From NCBI GenBank assembly GCA_032718475.1, contig JAUCBJ010000732.1, forward strand, positions 63,095 through 127,094: a stretch of DNA of 64,000 nucleotides, read 5' to 3'. Both the position numbers and the translations under genes were made by a program. The DNA comes from Nemertoderma westbladi. Its lineage: Eukaryota > Animalia > Xenacoelomorpha. This document shows, in pieces, positions 22,901 through 34,637 of the stretch. Every line of letters begins with the position of its first letter. Within the stretch, counting starts at the first letter, position 1. The notes under the pieces are model-generated. The model did not search any database, had not been told where the DNA came from, and saw nothing but the letters and a program-made list of their open reading frames with translations.

Positions 22901-25900
22901 AAGCAATTACCGCCTATGAAAAAGATGGTAATGGTGTATATATAATTGGCAACAAGGATGCTAAAAACAAACGTATTGAGGATGCAGCCAGTGGTAAAGT
23001 GATGAGATGGAACTTTATTGACCCGTGGAATGAGTTTATAGAACAACTAAAAGATCAAATGGAGAAGTGGTTTAGTCCAATATTGTTTGACCTTTTGTTT
23101 AGCAATCACTTCCAACATCACCTAGTAGCTCTTTCTCTTCTGGAAAAGTCTTTACATAATAACCCGGACGATTTACATTCACATTTGGATTTGATACTAA
23201 AATGGATTTCATTAAGACTCTTTGACGTCTATGCAACATCTGTGCAGTTGAAAACATTAGAATTTTTACAAAATCTAATCTCTACTCTCGTCGAATTAAA
23301 TTATCAGATGCTGGACTTCGAAGGAAATATTTTTATAAAACATCTTATCAAGCGCTTATCCGACACTCGAGAAGAGATTCGAAAAAGGACGCGTTTCGTT
23401 TTGAAACAATTACAGCGCATATATTCGACAAAAAAGATATCCATGCATCTCATCAGGGGATTAACATCTCCACTACCGAGAATGAAAACACAATGCCTCA
23501 TTGAGTTACAGGGTTTAACCAACGGAATACACGATATATTGTTCCAACCAAATACTATTCAACTAGTAGCTGGTTTAACACGACATCGGGATGCCTCAGT
23601 GCGAATGCAATCACTTCAAATGTTGACGAAAATTCACGAAACCGTTGGAAAGACGATGTATAAAAATCTCGGTCCGCTGTCAGACAGCGAGAAGTACATC
23701 ATCGAGAAAAAGGTAGAACAAGCGACTGCATCACAATACAGGAAAATACCCTTAATAAAATCAAACTCAATTAGTGAAAATCTGAATGTTGGAAGATTAA
23801 AACATTCGCGAACAAGACGCCTGTCTGCTTCAGAAAAATACGAAAATAAAATAGCATCAATCGATATTGCGGCTGGTGGAGACGTAAATGACATGAATAC
23901 AGATGATGTAAATACGGACATTTCGCATAGAAATACCACTGGGGGCAAAACAGAAGACGAATCCGAGAAAATAACTAATAAATCTGAAAGGCAAACTGTG
24001 AAACCCGGTCAAAGAACAAGTAGATCGGAAAGTGCAACTGTCAAACCCGGTCAAAGAACTAGTAGATCTGAAAGCGAAACTGCCAAACCCGACCAAAGAA
24101 TTAGTAGATCTGAAAGCGAAACTGCCAAACCCGACCAAAGAATTAGTAGATCTGAAAGCGAAACTGTCAAACCCGACCAAAGAATTAGTAGATCTGAAAG
24201 CGAAACTGCCAAACCCCACCAAATAATTAGTAGATCTGAAAGCCAAACTGTTAACCCCGGTCAAACAACTGGTAGATCTGAAAGTGCAACTGTCAAATCT
24301 GGTCAGAGAACTAGTAGATCTGAAAGCGAAACTGTCAAATCTGGTCAAAGAATAAGTAGATCGGAAAGTGCAACTGTCAAACCTGGTCAAAGAATTAGTA
24401 GATCTGAAAGGCAAACTGTCAAACCCGGTCAAAGAACTGGTAGATCTGAAAGCCAAACAGTCAAACCCGGTCAAAGAACTAGTAGATCTGAAAGCGAAAC
24501 TGTCAAATCTGGTCAAAGAACTAGTAGATCTGAAAGGCAAACTGTCAAACCCGGTCAAAGAACTGGTAGATCTGAAAGCCAAACAGTCAAACCTGGTCAA
24601 AGAACTAGTAGATCTGAAAGCGAAACTGCCAAACCCGACCAAAGAATTAGTAGATCTGAAAGGCAAACTGTCAAACCCGGTCAAAGAACTGGTAGATCTG
24701 AAAGCCAAACAGTCAAACCCGGTCAAAGAACTAGTAGATCTGAAAGCGAAACTGTCAAATCTGGTCAAAGAATTAGTAGATCTGAAAGCGAAACTGCCAA
24801 ACCCGACCAAATAATTAGTAGATCTGAAAGCCAAACTGTTAACCCCGGTCAAAGAACTAGTAGATCTGAAATCGAAACTGCCAAACCCGACCAAATAATT
24901 AGTAGATCTGAAAGGCAAACTGTCAAACCCGGTCAAAGAACTGGTAGATCTGAAAGCCAAACAGTCAAACCCGGTCAAAGAACTAGTAGATCTGAAAGCG
25001 AAACTGTCAAATCTGGTCAAAGAATTAGTAGATCTGAAAGCGAAACTGCCAAACCCGACCAAATAATTAGTAGATCTGAAAGCCAAACTGTTAACCCCGG
25101 TCAAACAACTGGTAGATCTGAAAGTGCAACTGTCAAATCTGGTCAGAGAACATGTAGATCTGAAAGGCAAATTCACAAAAATGGTAAAAGCAATAGTAGG
25201 CCTACTTTTCAAACACCCGATAAAGACAACCAAAGCAATGATGATAAATCTTTATCTACAAATCGAAGTGCTAGTACGAATGAAAGTCAGGAATATAGGA
25301 GCAGTAGCAAATCCCAAGGTCAAATTGATATGAGTATCCAAAGAGCCAGTCGATCACAAAGTCGATGCTCAGATAGTAGCAGACTTCACAGATCCCAAAG
25401 TCTGCAGGAGAAATCGAATGCGACTTATAGTACAGGAGAAATACAACAGGCTTCTAGAATGTATAAGAGAAAATCCCCACCTAAACCTGAAATAAGTTTC
25501 ATGCAAAAAACTAAACCAACAATTAGTAGGATGAGGAGAAAGTCAAGCGAGGCAACCAAAGTTTATCCTGTTAGATATAAAGAAATTTTTTCTCCTGAAA
25601 CAACTACAAATAAGACGAACACCAATAACATAAATCAATGCATATATAAAAATGATAATTACCGTCTCAAAAACAAAAAAACACCAAGTATCACCAAACG
25701 CGGAGAATCTGCAACATATATGTTAAGAGATGACATCAAGCAACACTGGAACCCTGTTCGATACGTGTCCTTAGACTTCAACGCATTAGAGGAAAGATTC
25801 AACAACGAAGTTGAGTTCAGCGAGGAAATTAGAACCACAGACAGTGTTGGCGAGTCATGCAGCCTAACTTCTCAAGAGAGTTACAGACCGGTAATAACAT

Positions 25901-27189
25901 CGATTTCCGCACAAGATGTTATTAGGAAGAGACGTTTAAGAAATATGCTCAAACTTATAAAGGATGTTATAGAGACTATAGGAAGTCTTGATGATACAGA
26001 GAGTCTTCACGGGGTCTATCAGTTAGCTGCTATTATAGAAGACCCAGCTAAGTACGTTCTACTAGCAAGTTGTGTTGATATGATTATTTCAACATCATGT
26101 AAAAAACTAAAAACTGCTAATCAAACAATCCTGAACAATAAACTATCCCTGAAAATATTTCGCAGTCTCATTGCTGTTGCACTAAAACTCTTCAACAACA
26201 AAGACCTAGCTGTACATTCGAATGTTAGTTCATTGGTTCTCGCCTTGGAAACATGTCTTTTACTGGTCAAATCAAATCAGGTCAAAAATCACGACGATAG
26301 TGAGCAGCTGAGAAGAAGTTTAAATTTGTTAACCTTAAATATTCTCTCTTTTGGGAACGAAACTAACGTATATGTAACTTTGATACGAATTGCAACGATC
26401 TGCTTAGATGGAGACATATCATCCCGAATGGTATCCATGGTTCTAACATGTTTTGGTAAGAAACTGTCAACATTTTCTAATTTTATTACTAATATCAAGT
26501 TTGGGGTACTTGTTGAAGAATGCTGCGCTTTCATTGAAAAGGTCACCTTTCTGGAAGTGATAAACAAAACAAGCTTAGATCTACTTGCTAGTATAAAAAC
26601 CTTGTTATATTTCATTTGTGTTGTTATACACGACGGAATATTGATGTATGTTCCAAACAACATCAACATCCACAAGCCACTCAATATTCACTTAGATGCG
26701 TTTCTCACAAAAGCACTAAAAGCAGCCAAATACAACTCCAATACAGCCAATGGGATATCTTTCTCTCCAGCTAATCTGGCTCGATTAAAATATCAATGCG
26801 ATTTGTCCACAGTGCAATCCTTAGTGCGCAGAATATTTCTTACCAATAACCCAATACTAGCATTGCAAAATCTACAATTATTTCTAAGTCAGCGACCTTA
26901 CATGGATATCGAATTATTTCTTATGGAATCCAATGTTGAGGAACGGCGCTACATAAGTAACGGACTTTGGTTTATCAGTCTCTATGGAAAAGATTTAACG
27001 GGAAACCCTGGCAACAACGATGTGCCAGATGACGCGACTTACGAGGAAAAGCTGGACTACTACGCGGAGTGCCTCGAAGTAGATGAGGAGTACAAGGATT
27101 GTGTAGAAAGGTTGGAAGACGTACAAGATATTAAATGTGTTGCATCAGCGAAAAACAACAGATCATCATCCTACTGCAGAGTTATGTGA
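22901..27189 (+). CDS. Divergent CKAP5/ch-TOG/XMAP215-family protein: TOG5 domain, repeat-rich linker and C-terminal helical region in one large exon
   Basis: Acceptor TTATTTGCAG| at 22900. KNKRIEDAASGKVMRWNF...EFIEQLKDQM...LDLILKWISLRLFD...LKTLEFL...IRKRTRFVL...RDASVR resembles the ch-TOG TOG5 pattern as I recall it (LKVLKWNF...EYIEQLKTQM...LDLILKWLTLRFFD...RDNAVR). C-terminal EQLRRSLNLLTLNIL is like ch-TOG 'RSVNLLVVKVL'. Stop TGA ends at 27189; first in-frame ATG at 23002. Confidence 0.85.
23983..25170 (+). repeat. Coding 42-bp minisatellite (14-aa SRSESETVKPGQRT-type unit, about 28 copies) inside the CKAP5-like ORF
   Basis: Repeated AGTAGATCTGAAAGCGAAACTGTCAAACCCGGTCAAAGAACT-like units, frame preserved throughout. 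Confidence 0.95.
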
Positions 27190-27594
27190 TAAACTACCGC
27201 GGTCCCAGAAGTGATCGAAGTGGTTCAGCTTCAAGATTATTCATGGCACAAGGTGATTGTCAAATATAGGATATTGTAAGATTTATTCTAAGGTCACCAC
27301 TATAAGATTATCAGGTCTAAAAGATCCTCATCAGACCTTTGATGTAAAGCAATGGCTGGATATTTTTGTGACCATAATGTGCAAAATTGTGCAAATTGAC
27401 CGTAAAACTAACCTGAGATACAAACTTTGGATATAAGACAGATGTTAGCCACACTAATATGGTTCAGTTAATACAAAACATAGACATTGTCTTCCTGCAG
27501 AGCGAATATTATTTATTTTTCATAGTAATTTATTAAAATCAGCAAATTTGAATAATAAATTATACAAAGTAAAAGCGCTTAGTTCATTGCGAAG

Positions 27595-28483
27595 CAGGAC
27601 CTTATCGCCCCAGGAACTTATCGCCCCTGGACCTTATCGCCCCAGGACCTTATCGTCCCAGGACCTTATCGCCCCAGGACCTTATCGCCCCAGGACCTTA
27701 TCGCCCCAGGACCTTATCTCCCCAGGACCTTATCGCCCCAGGACCTTATCGCCCCAGGACCTTATCGCCCCAGGACCTTATCATCCCAGGACCTTATCAT
27801 ACCAGGACCTTATCACCCCAGGACCTTATCGTCCCAGGACTTTATCGTCCCAGGACCTTATCGCCTCAGGACCTTATCGTCCCAGGACCTTATCGCCCCA
27901 GAACCTTATTGCCACAGGACCTTATCGCCCCAGGACCTTATCGCCCCAGGACCTTATCGCCCCAGGACCTTATCGCCCCTGGGACTCTATCGCCCCTATA
28001 AATTGCATTTTTGTTGGGAACTTATCACCCCTCTGTTCTGAGTTTTTAGGAACTTATCGCCCAGAGTCTTTATCGCCCCAGGACCTTATCGCCCAAGGAC
28101 CTTATCGCACCAGTGCCTTATCGCCCCAGGACCTTATCGCCCCAGGACCTTATCATCCCAGGACCTTATTGCCCCAGGACCTTATCTTCCCAGGACCTTA
28201 TCACCCCAGGACCTTATCGTCCCAGGACCTTATCGTCCCAGGACCTTATCGCCTCAGGACCTTATCGCCCCAGGACCTTATCGCCCCAGGACCTTATCGC
28301 CCCAGGACCTTATCGCCCCAGGACCTTATCGTCCCAGGATCTTATCATCCCAGGACCTTATCGCCCCAGGACCTTATTGTCCCAGGACCTTATCGCCCCT
28401 GGGACTCTATCGCCCCTATAAATTGCATTTTTGTTGGGAACTTATCACCCCTCTGTTCTGAGTTTTTAGGAACTTATCGCCCC
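27595..28483. repeat. 16-bp minisatellite CAGGACCTTATCGCCC in two blocks (420-bp higher-order duplication)
   Basis: Directly visible. The unique spacer GGGACTCTATCGCCCCTATAAATTGC...GGAACTTATCGCCC occurs at about 27980 and again at about 28400. Confidence 0.93.
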
Positions 28484-28638
28484 TGTCATTATATACATGA
28501 TACATTCCCTCAACTTTCCCATACACTTCCTCTCAGTCACATATTTTAATTAAAAGTTTACTTTATATTTTTATACTAAAATAGTTTCTTTTAGAGGAGC
28601 CTACAATTAGAAAAATTAATATTAAATTCAAAGACTAA

Positions 28639-30212
28639 GCAGCCGTTTGATCTAATGGTAACAATCTGGGCTTTCATTTAGGAGGTCCCAGGTTCGATCC
28701 CTGGACGTCGCAGTACTTTTTGGGCAGTGGGCTTTAAATGCTACAGACTAGCTCTACCAAGGTTTTCACATTTACTGGTCGATAAATGGGAACCATTGGA
28801 AGGGTTTACTGTGGAAGATTACCCATGGTGGTGAACAGGCATTCCTTTAGGAAACAGAGTGGAAGGGTTTACTGTGGAAGATAAGCCATGGTGGTGATCA
28901 GGCATTCCTTTGGGAAACAGAGTGGAAGGGTTTACTGTGGAAGATAAGCCATGGTGGTGATCAGGCATTCCTTTGGGAAACAGAGTGGAAGGGTTTACTG
29001 TGGAAGATCACCCATGGTGGTGAACAGGCATTCCTTTAGGAAACAGAGTGGAAGGGTTTACTGTGGAAGATAAGCCATGGTGGTGATCAGGCATTCCTTT
29101 GGAAAACAGAGTGGAAGGGTTTACTGTGGAAGATCACCCATGGTGGTGAACAGGCATTCCTTTAGGAAACAGAGTGGAAGGGTTTACTGTGGAAGATCAC
29201 CCATGGTGGTGAACAGGCATTCATTTAGGAAACAGAGTGGAAGGGTTTACTGTGGAAGATAAGCCATGGTGGTGATCAGGCATTCCTTTGGAAAACAGAG
29301 TGGAAGGGTTTACTGTGGAAGATCACCCATGGTGGTGAACAGGCATTCCTTTAGGAAACAGAGTGGAATGGTTTACTGCGGAAGATCACCCATGGTGGTG
29401 AACAGGCATTTTTTAGGAAAACAGAGTTGATGGACTTAAACATCCAAGATCACCCATGGCGGTGAACAGGCATTCCTTTAGGAAACAGAGTGGAAGGGTT
29501 TACTGTGGAAGATAAGCCATGGTGGTGATCAGGCATTCCTTTGGGAAACAGAGTGGAAGGGTTTACTGTGGAAGATCACCCATGGTGGTGAACAGGCATT
29601 CCTTTAGGAAACAGAGTGGAAGGGTTTACTGTGGAAGATCACCCATGGTGGTGAACAGGCATTCCTTTAGGACAACAGAGTTGATGGACTTAAACATCCA
29701 AGATCACCCATGGCGGTGAACAGGCATTCCTTTAGGAAACAGAGTGGAAGGGTTTACTGTGGAAGATAAGCCATGGTGGTGCTCAGGCATTCCTTTGGGA
29801 AACAGAGTGGAAGGGTTTACTGTGGAAGATCACCAATGGTGGTGAACAGGCATTCCTTTAGGAAACAGAGTGGAAGGGTTTACTCTGGAAGATCACCCAT
29901 GGTGGTGAACAGGCATTCCTTTAGGAAACAGAGTGGAAGGGTTTACTGTGGAAGATCACCCATGGTGGTGAACAGGCATTCCTTTAGGAAACAGAGTGGA
30001 AGGGTTCACTGTGGAAGATCACCCATGGTGGTGAACAGGCATTCCTTTAGGAAACAGAGTGGAAGGGGTTACTGTGGAAGATCACCCATGGTGGTGAACA
30101 GGCATTCCTTTAGGAAACAGAGTGGAAGGGTTTACTGTGGAAGATCACCCATGGTGGTGAACAGGCATTCCATGTTTACTAGGCCTAAATGATTATCCCA
30201 TTCAAAATTCAT
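28639..30212 (+). mobile_element. tRNA-derived SINE (tRNA-Glu-like head) with internally amplified body
   Basis: A-box-like TGATCTAATGG (28648), GGCTTTCA anticodon-like loop, B box GGTTCGATCCC in a CCAGG/CCTGG stem (28688-28704), degenerate acceptor stem. Then GGTCGATAAATGGGAACC, resembling the central-domain word GGTCG.TAAATG.GTACC found in some metazoan SINEs. The 3' end is approximate. Confidence 0.7.
28797..30171. repeat. 63-bp minisatellite (about 22 copies) within the SINE
   Basis: Unit TGGAAGGGTTTACTGTGGAAGATCACCCATGGTGGTGAACAGGCATTCCTTTAGGAAACAGAG. Two variant units carry TTGATGGACTTAAACATCC. Confidence 0.95.
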
Positions 30213-30838
30213 ATTTGTCACAGTGGCGATAAGTTACCAGGGGGGATAAAGACCTGGGGGCGATATGTACCCAAGGGGCGATAAAGGACCATTCGGGGGG
30301 CGATAAGGCCCAGGGTCGATAAGGCCCCTACAATCACTCATTAATAGTTTGCAGGTGATAGTTGATTGATTGATTAGCATGAATAATGCGTTGTCAAATA
30401 CATACCAATTATTGAATGAAACAATAAACCTAACTGAATAAATAAAACTAAAAAAATTAAAGCAGTACTGTGTCAGTCATACGAAGGTTTATCCAACCTA
30501 AGTGTACTGGGACCAATTTTGCAAGCGAGGTGATTGTATTGTAGTATCTCGGAAGTGTAGGAGAGTTGGTTTTAAATAAAACTACTCCATACTTGGAAAT
30601 ACTACCACTCCACCACCCTTCGAAAAATAGACCCCAGTATGCATATAGTACTGGTTGCACTTGAAACTTGGACAAAGCCGCCTCCGCTTTACGGGACATT
30701 GCTGCCGCCGTGAAGACCAGCCTGTGCACAATATGGTGCTTTGGCGGCCTCATGTATAGAAAAAGCATGGTTGACAGCCCATGAGTTTCTTGAGTCGCAT
30801 CTTAAAGGACACTTGCCTTGAAGATGCGGATGATCTAT

Positions 30839-32234
30839 TATGGGTTACACTTACCTCTACAAAGTATGCTGTACACCCAGTATGGGTTACACTTACCTCT
30901 ACAAAGTGTGCTGTACACCCAGTATGGGTTACACTTACCTCTACAAAGTGTGCTGTAGACCCAGTATGGGTTACACTTACCTCTACAAAGTATGCTGTAC
31001 ACCCAGTATGGGTTACACTTACCTCTACAAAGTTTGATGTACACCCAGTATGGGTTACACTTACCTCTACAAAGTGTGCTGTACACCCAGTATGGGTTAC
31101 ACTTACCTCTACAAAGTATGCTGTACACCCAGTATGGGTTACACTTACCTCTACAAAGTGTGATGTACACCCAGTATGGGTTACACTTACCTCTACAAAG
31201 TGTGCTGTACACCCAGTATGGGTTACACTTACCTCTAGAAAGTATGCTGTACACCCAGTATGGGTTACACTTACCTCTACAAAGTGTGATGTACACCCAG
31301 TATGGGTTACACTTACCTCTACAAAGTGTGCTGTACACCCAGTATGGGTTACACTTACATCTACAAAGTGTGATGTACACCCAGTATGGGTTACACTTAC
31401 CTCTACAAAGTGTGCTGTACACCCAGTATGGGTTACACTTACCTCTACAAAGTATGCTGTACACCCAGTATGGGTTACACTTACCTCTACAAAGTGTGCT
31501 GTACACCCAGTAAGGGTTACACTTACCTCTACAAAGTGTGCTGTACACCCAGTATGGGTTACACTTACCTCTACAAAGTATGCTGTACACCCAGTATGGG
31601 TTACACTTACCTCTACAAAGTGTGATGTACACCCAGTATGGGTTACACTTACCTCTACAAAGTGTGCTGTACACCCAGTATGGGTTACACTTACCTCTAC
31701 AAAGTGTGATGTACACCCAGTATGGGTTACACTTACCTCTACAAAGTGTGCTGTACACCCAGTATGGGTTACACTTACCTCTACAAAGTGTGATGTACAC
31801 CCAGTATGGGTTACACTTACCTCTACAAAGTGTGATGTACACCCAGTATGGGTTACACTTACCTCTACAAAGTGTGCTGTACACCCAGTATGGGTTACAC
31901 TTACCTCTACAAAGTGTGATGTACACCCAGTATGGGTTACACTTACCTCTACAAAGTGTGCTGTCCACCCAGTAAGGGTTACACTTACCTCTACAAAGTG
32001 TGCTGTACACCCAGTATGGGTTACACTTACCTCTACAAAGTGTGCTGTACACCCTGTATGGGTTACACTTACCTCTACAAAGTGTGATGTACACCCAGTA
32101 TGGGTTACACTTACCTCTACAAAGTGTGCTGTCCACCCAGTAAGGGTTACACTTACCTCTACAAAGTGTGCTGTACACCCAGTATGGGTTACACTTACCT
32201 CTACAAAGTGTGCTGTACACCCAGTAAGGGTTAC
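30839..32234 (-). repeat. 42-bp tandem array (about 33 copies) made of the GART exon end plus its 5' splice site
   Basis: Sense unit GTAACCCATACTGGGTGTACAGCACACTTTGTAGAG|GTAAGT. The first copy is the real exon end (VTLTGCTAHFVE). Confidence 0.97.
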
Positions 32235-32453
32235 CCCGGCAGCGAGCACTAATTCATGGGCGTTACCACCTTTGAAGCTCGGGAGCAGTGACGGATGTAC
32301 GTTAATAAGACGGCCACGCCATTTCTCCACGAACCCGGCGGATAATATTCTCATATACCCGGCTAGACAGACCAACTCTATCCCATGAGACTCAAGGATG
32401 GCGCTCACCTTATCGTCAAATGATTCGCGTTTAAGGCCTTTATGACTTAAAAC
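32199..32453 (-). CDS. GART: Trifunctional purine biosynthetic protein, GAR transformylase domain exon
   Basis: TTCCTAG| acceptor; VLSHKGLKRESFDDKVSAILESHGIELVCLAGYMRILSAGFVEKWRGRLINVHPSLLPSFKGGNAHELVLAAGVTLTGCTAHFVE (PurN-type NxHPSLLP motif). The end shown uses the first GAG|GTAAGT donor. Confidence 0.93.
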
Positions 32454-33205
32454 CTAGGAATCGCATAACAAAACATTTATCAGATAAATCGGTTAAATTA
32501 TTGTTAAAATGGAAACGGCTTTTCAATTAAATTAAATACTCTGCGACCGCTGTATACCTAGACTCAAACTCACTTAAAAGTGGCCTCTATTGAGTGATTT
32601 ATTTTTTTTGTTAAAATTTTACTTTTGTAAATGCATAAAATTACATATCAATGGAAAGTGTTATTATTAAATATGGAACACCCAATGGCATGGAGATTGG
32701 GAGGCATTAATAAGATGATTCATTATCATATCCAATCCAGCATAACCGTGTAGTGATTGACACCGACAGGTTCAACCTGTACACATCCTTGTGGTGGTGA
32801 GAATAGACGCGGTGGGCAGCCAGTGACTTAAACGCCTGCTCAAGGACAACGGACGTGAGAATAGCTGAATGAAAAAGATGGCTGATCGGAGATCTGGGGC
32901 CGATCCGCCGGCATCGCATACGTGCTTAGTAGCAACGTAGCTTATAGCAGACGGCTTAGTGCAAGCTGAGCAATTTAAGTTAAGATGCTAGTAGCAAGTT
33001 ACAGTGGCACGTTATTCTAACCAAAACAATAAACTAAAGTCAATAGATCAGGTTAGACTTTTATTTTAGAGATTATAAGTAATCAGCTCTGTTATTTGCG
33101 TCGATTTTACCCTGGGATGAATTTTGATTGCGTCACAAATCCCCCCATCTGATGGCCGATTCAAATAATATTAATTGAATTAACACGTTGAACATTTCGG
33201 CTAAC

Positions 33206-33336
33206 CTCGGTGGGTATGTTTGCATCTCTAGCCCTTCCTAAACCTTGAACCCCTTCCTTATTGGAGAATACGAGACGAATATCGTAGGCGCAATCGTGAT
33301 TCTTTGTGTAGTCGATTATAGCTTGTAGATTAGTTC
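33206..33336 (-). CDS. GART: GART exon (start of transformylase domain)
   Basis: GTTTAG| acceptor; (G)TNLQAIIDYTKNHDCAYDIRLVFSNKEGVQGLGRARDANIPTE; donor GAG|GTTAGC. Phases match both neighbouring exons. Confidence 0.93.
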
Positions 33337-33752
33337 CTAAACAAAAACAGTTTAATCCAAAATAGTTTGAACCAAATTATTTAACGACTTTACTTAACAT
33401 AAAGGGAAGTTACATAATTAATCAAAAAATTCATATCACATTACAGCTGAACATTCAAATCGGCCACGACATACCGGCGCTATTGAGGAGGCCCTGCCTA
33501 TAAAATTAATTTAGAAACTAGAAAATATAAAATTCGTGTAATTCAGTGTCACTTCACAACAAACGTTTGATATCATGTTGTTTATTAGCAATCATTTCGT
33601 CTGTTTGGTATAAAACCGTAAACTTATTGGGCTGCAAAGTTCTTTATGATGTGCTTCTCCTCCAACATTACTCCACTAACTGCGTTGTAACAAAACAGCC
33701 ATACAACGTGCCGGTACACTAAACCAATCACTAAGTATCAGTTAACACGCAC

Positions 33753-34300
33753 CTGAACCGGAAATTAGAACAGCCAATTTCTTTTTACGAATGATCCTAT
33801 TGGTTAGCGGGAGTGGCAGTTTATAGCTGTTATCCAATGAAGACTCTAGATTAGCGATTATGACGTCATTAGCAGGACGACGAACAACCGAGCCAATCAC
33901 TGACGAGGAGATGTCGCCTTTCAGTGATTGTATTACAGTATCAACCACCGATTGGTCAACTATTAAAACAAACCCGACTCCACAGTTGAAGGTGCGAGCC
34001 ATCTCGTTGGCTGGAATGTTGCCTAACTTGTACAAATAACCCAGTATCGGCGGAATGCGCCAGGCATTGGCGTCGAGATCTACAGCCAATGAGGGCGGCA
34101 GGATTCGTGGAATATTGTCGGTTAAACCGCCGCCAGTTATGTGCGCCGCCGCTTTTATGAGGCCCTTAGTGATCAACGGCAGTACTAGAGATACATACAG
34201 ATAAGTTGGTGTGAGTAAAGTCTCGAATAAAGGTCGATCGGTTGGAGTTACCCCGGCAACAGAGTCACTGAGGCTCACTTTAGCGCATTCTAGAACCTTC
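33753..34300 (-). CDS. GART: GART exon (AIR synthetase C-terminal domain fused to transformylase N-terminus)
   Basis: TTTGCAG| acceptor; LLTPTYLYV...AAAHITGGGLTDNIPRILP...EMARTFNCGVG...KKLAVLISGS; donor TCAG|GTGCGT. Confidence 0.95.
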
Positions 34301-34637
34301 CTGCAAAAAATAAACACCAACTACATAACGCACCAGGAGTAACGCGTTAATTTGCATTACATCGGTAATACTATATAATTATGTAACTTTTTAATAATAT
34401 ACCTACTGTAAAAATTGTTAGAATACTTTTTAATTAAAATTGAATTGAAGATCCACCTTTAGTGGAAATGGAAATCCTAATCCATCGTGAGTAAAAATCA
34501 CACATAATTTCTATAGCGGTATATCTATTTATAACATTCATAATCATAAGTGCTTTTTGACATCGCCTGTAATAATACAGAATTAAAATTTATATTGAAA
34601 AGCAAAACCCAACAAATATAAAATTTATTAAACTGAC

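Larger units (their letters stand above)
27595..30338. mobile_element. Probable non-autonomous foldback/MITE-like DNA element with inverted subterminal motif arrays
   Basis: The left arm repeats CTTATCGCC. The right arm (30224-30330) repeats its reverse complement GGCGATAAG about 6 times and ends CCCCTACAATCAC. A matching left terminus and a TSD were not identified. Confidence 0.55.

Noticed and set aside
23857-25333. 458-aa antisense ORF and alternate-frame KELVDLK ORFs
   Set aside because: By-products of a 42-bp coding repeat that lacks stops in other frames.
27548-28549. 333-aa Pro-rich ORF (PGPYRPRTLSPQDLIA)
   Set aside because: Translation of a stop-free 16-bp minisatellite cycling through three frames. 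TTG start and no gene context.
28639-28712. Functional tRNA-Glu gene
   Set aside because: Acceptor and anticodon stems pair poorly and the head runs into a SINE-like body, so it is treated as a SINE head.
30781-32388. 535-aa plus-strand and 460-aa Cys-rich minus-strand repeat ORFs
   Set aside because: Other frames of the 42-bp donor array; no independent evidence of genes.
32700-32960. Possible SINE fragment in a GART intron (TGTCCTTGAGCAGGCG on the minus strand)
   Set aside because: Only one short CORE-like word and no convincing A/B boxes.
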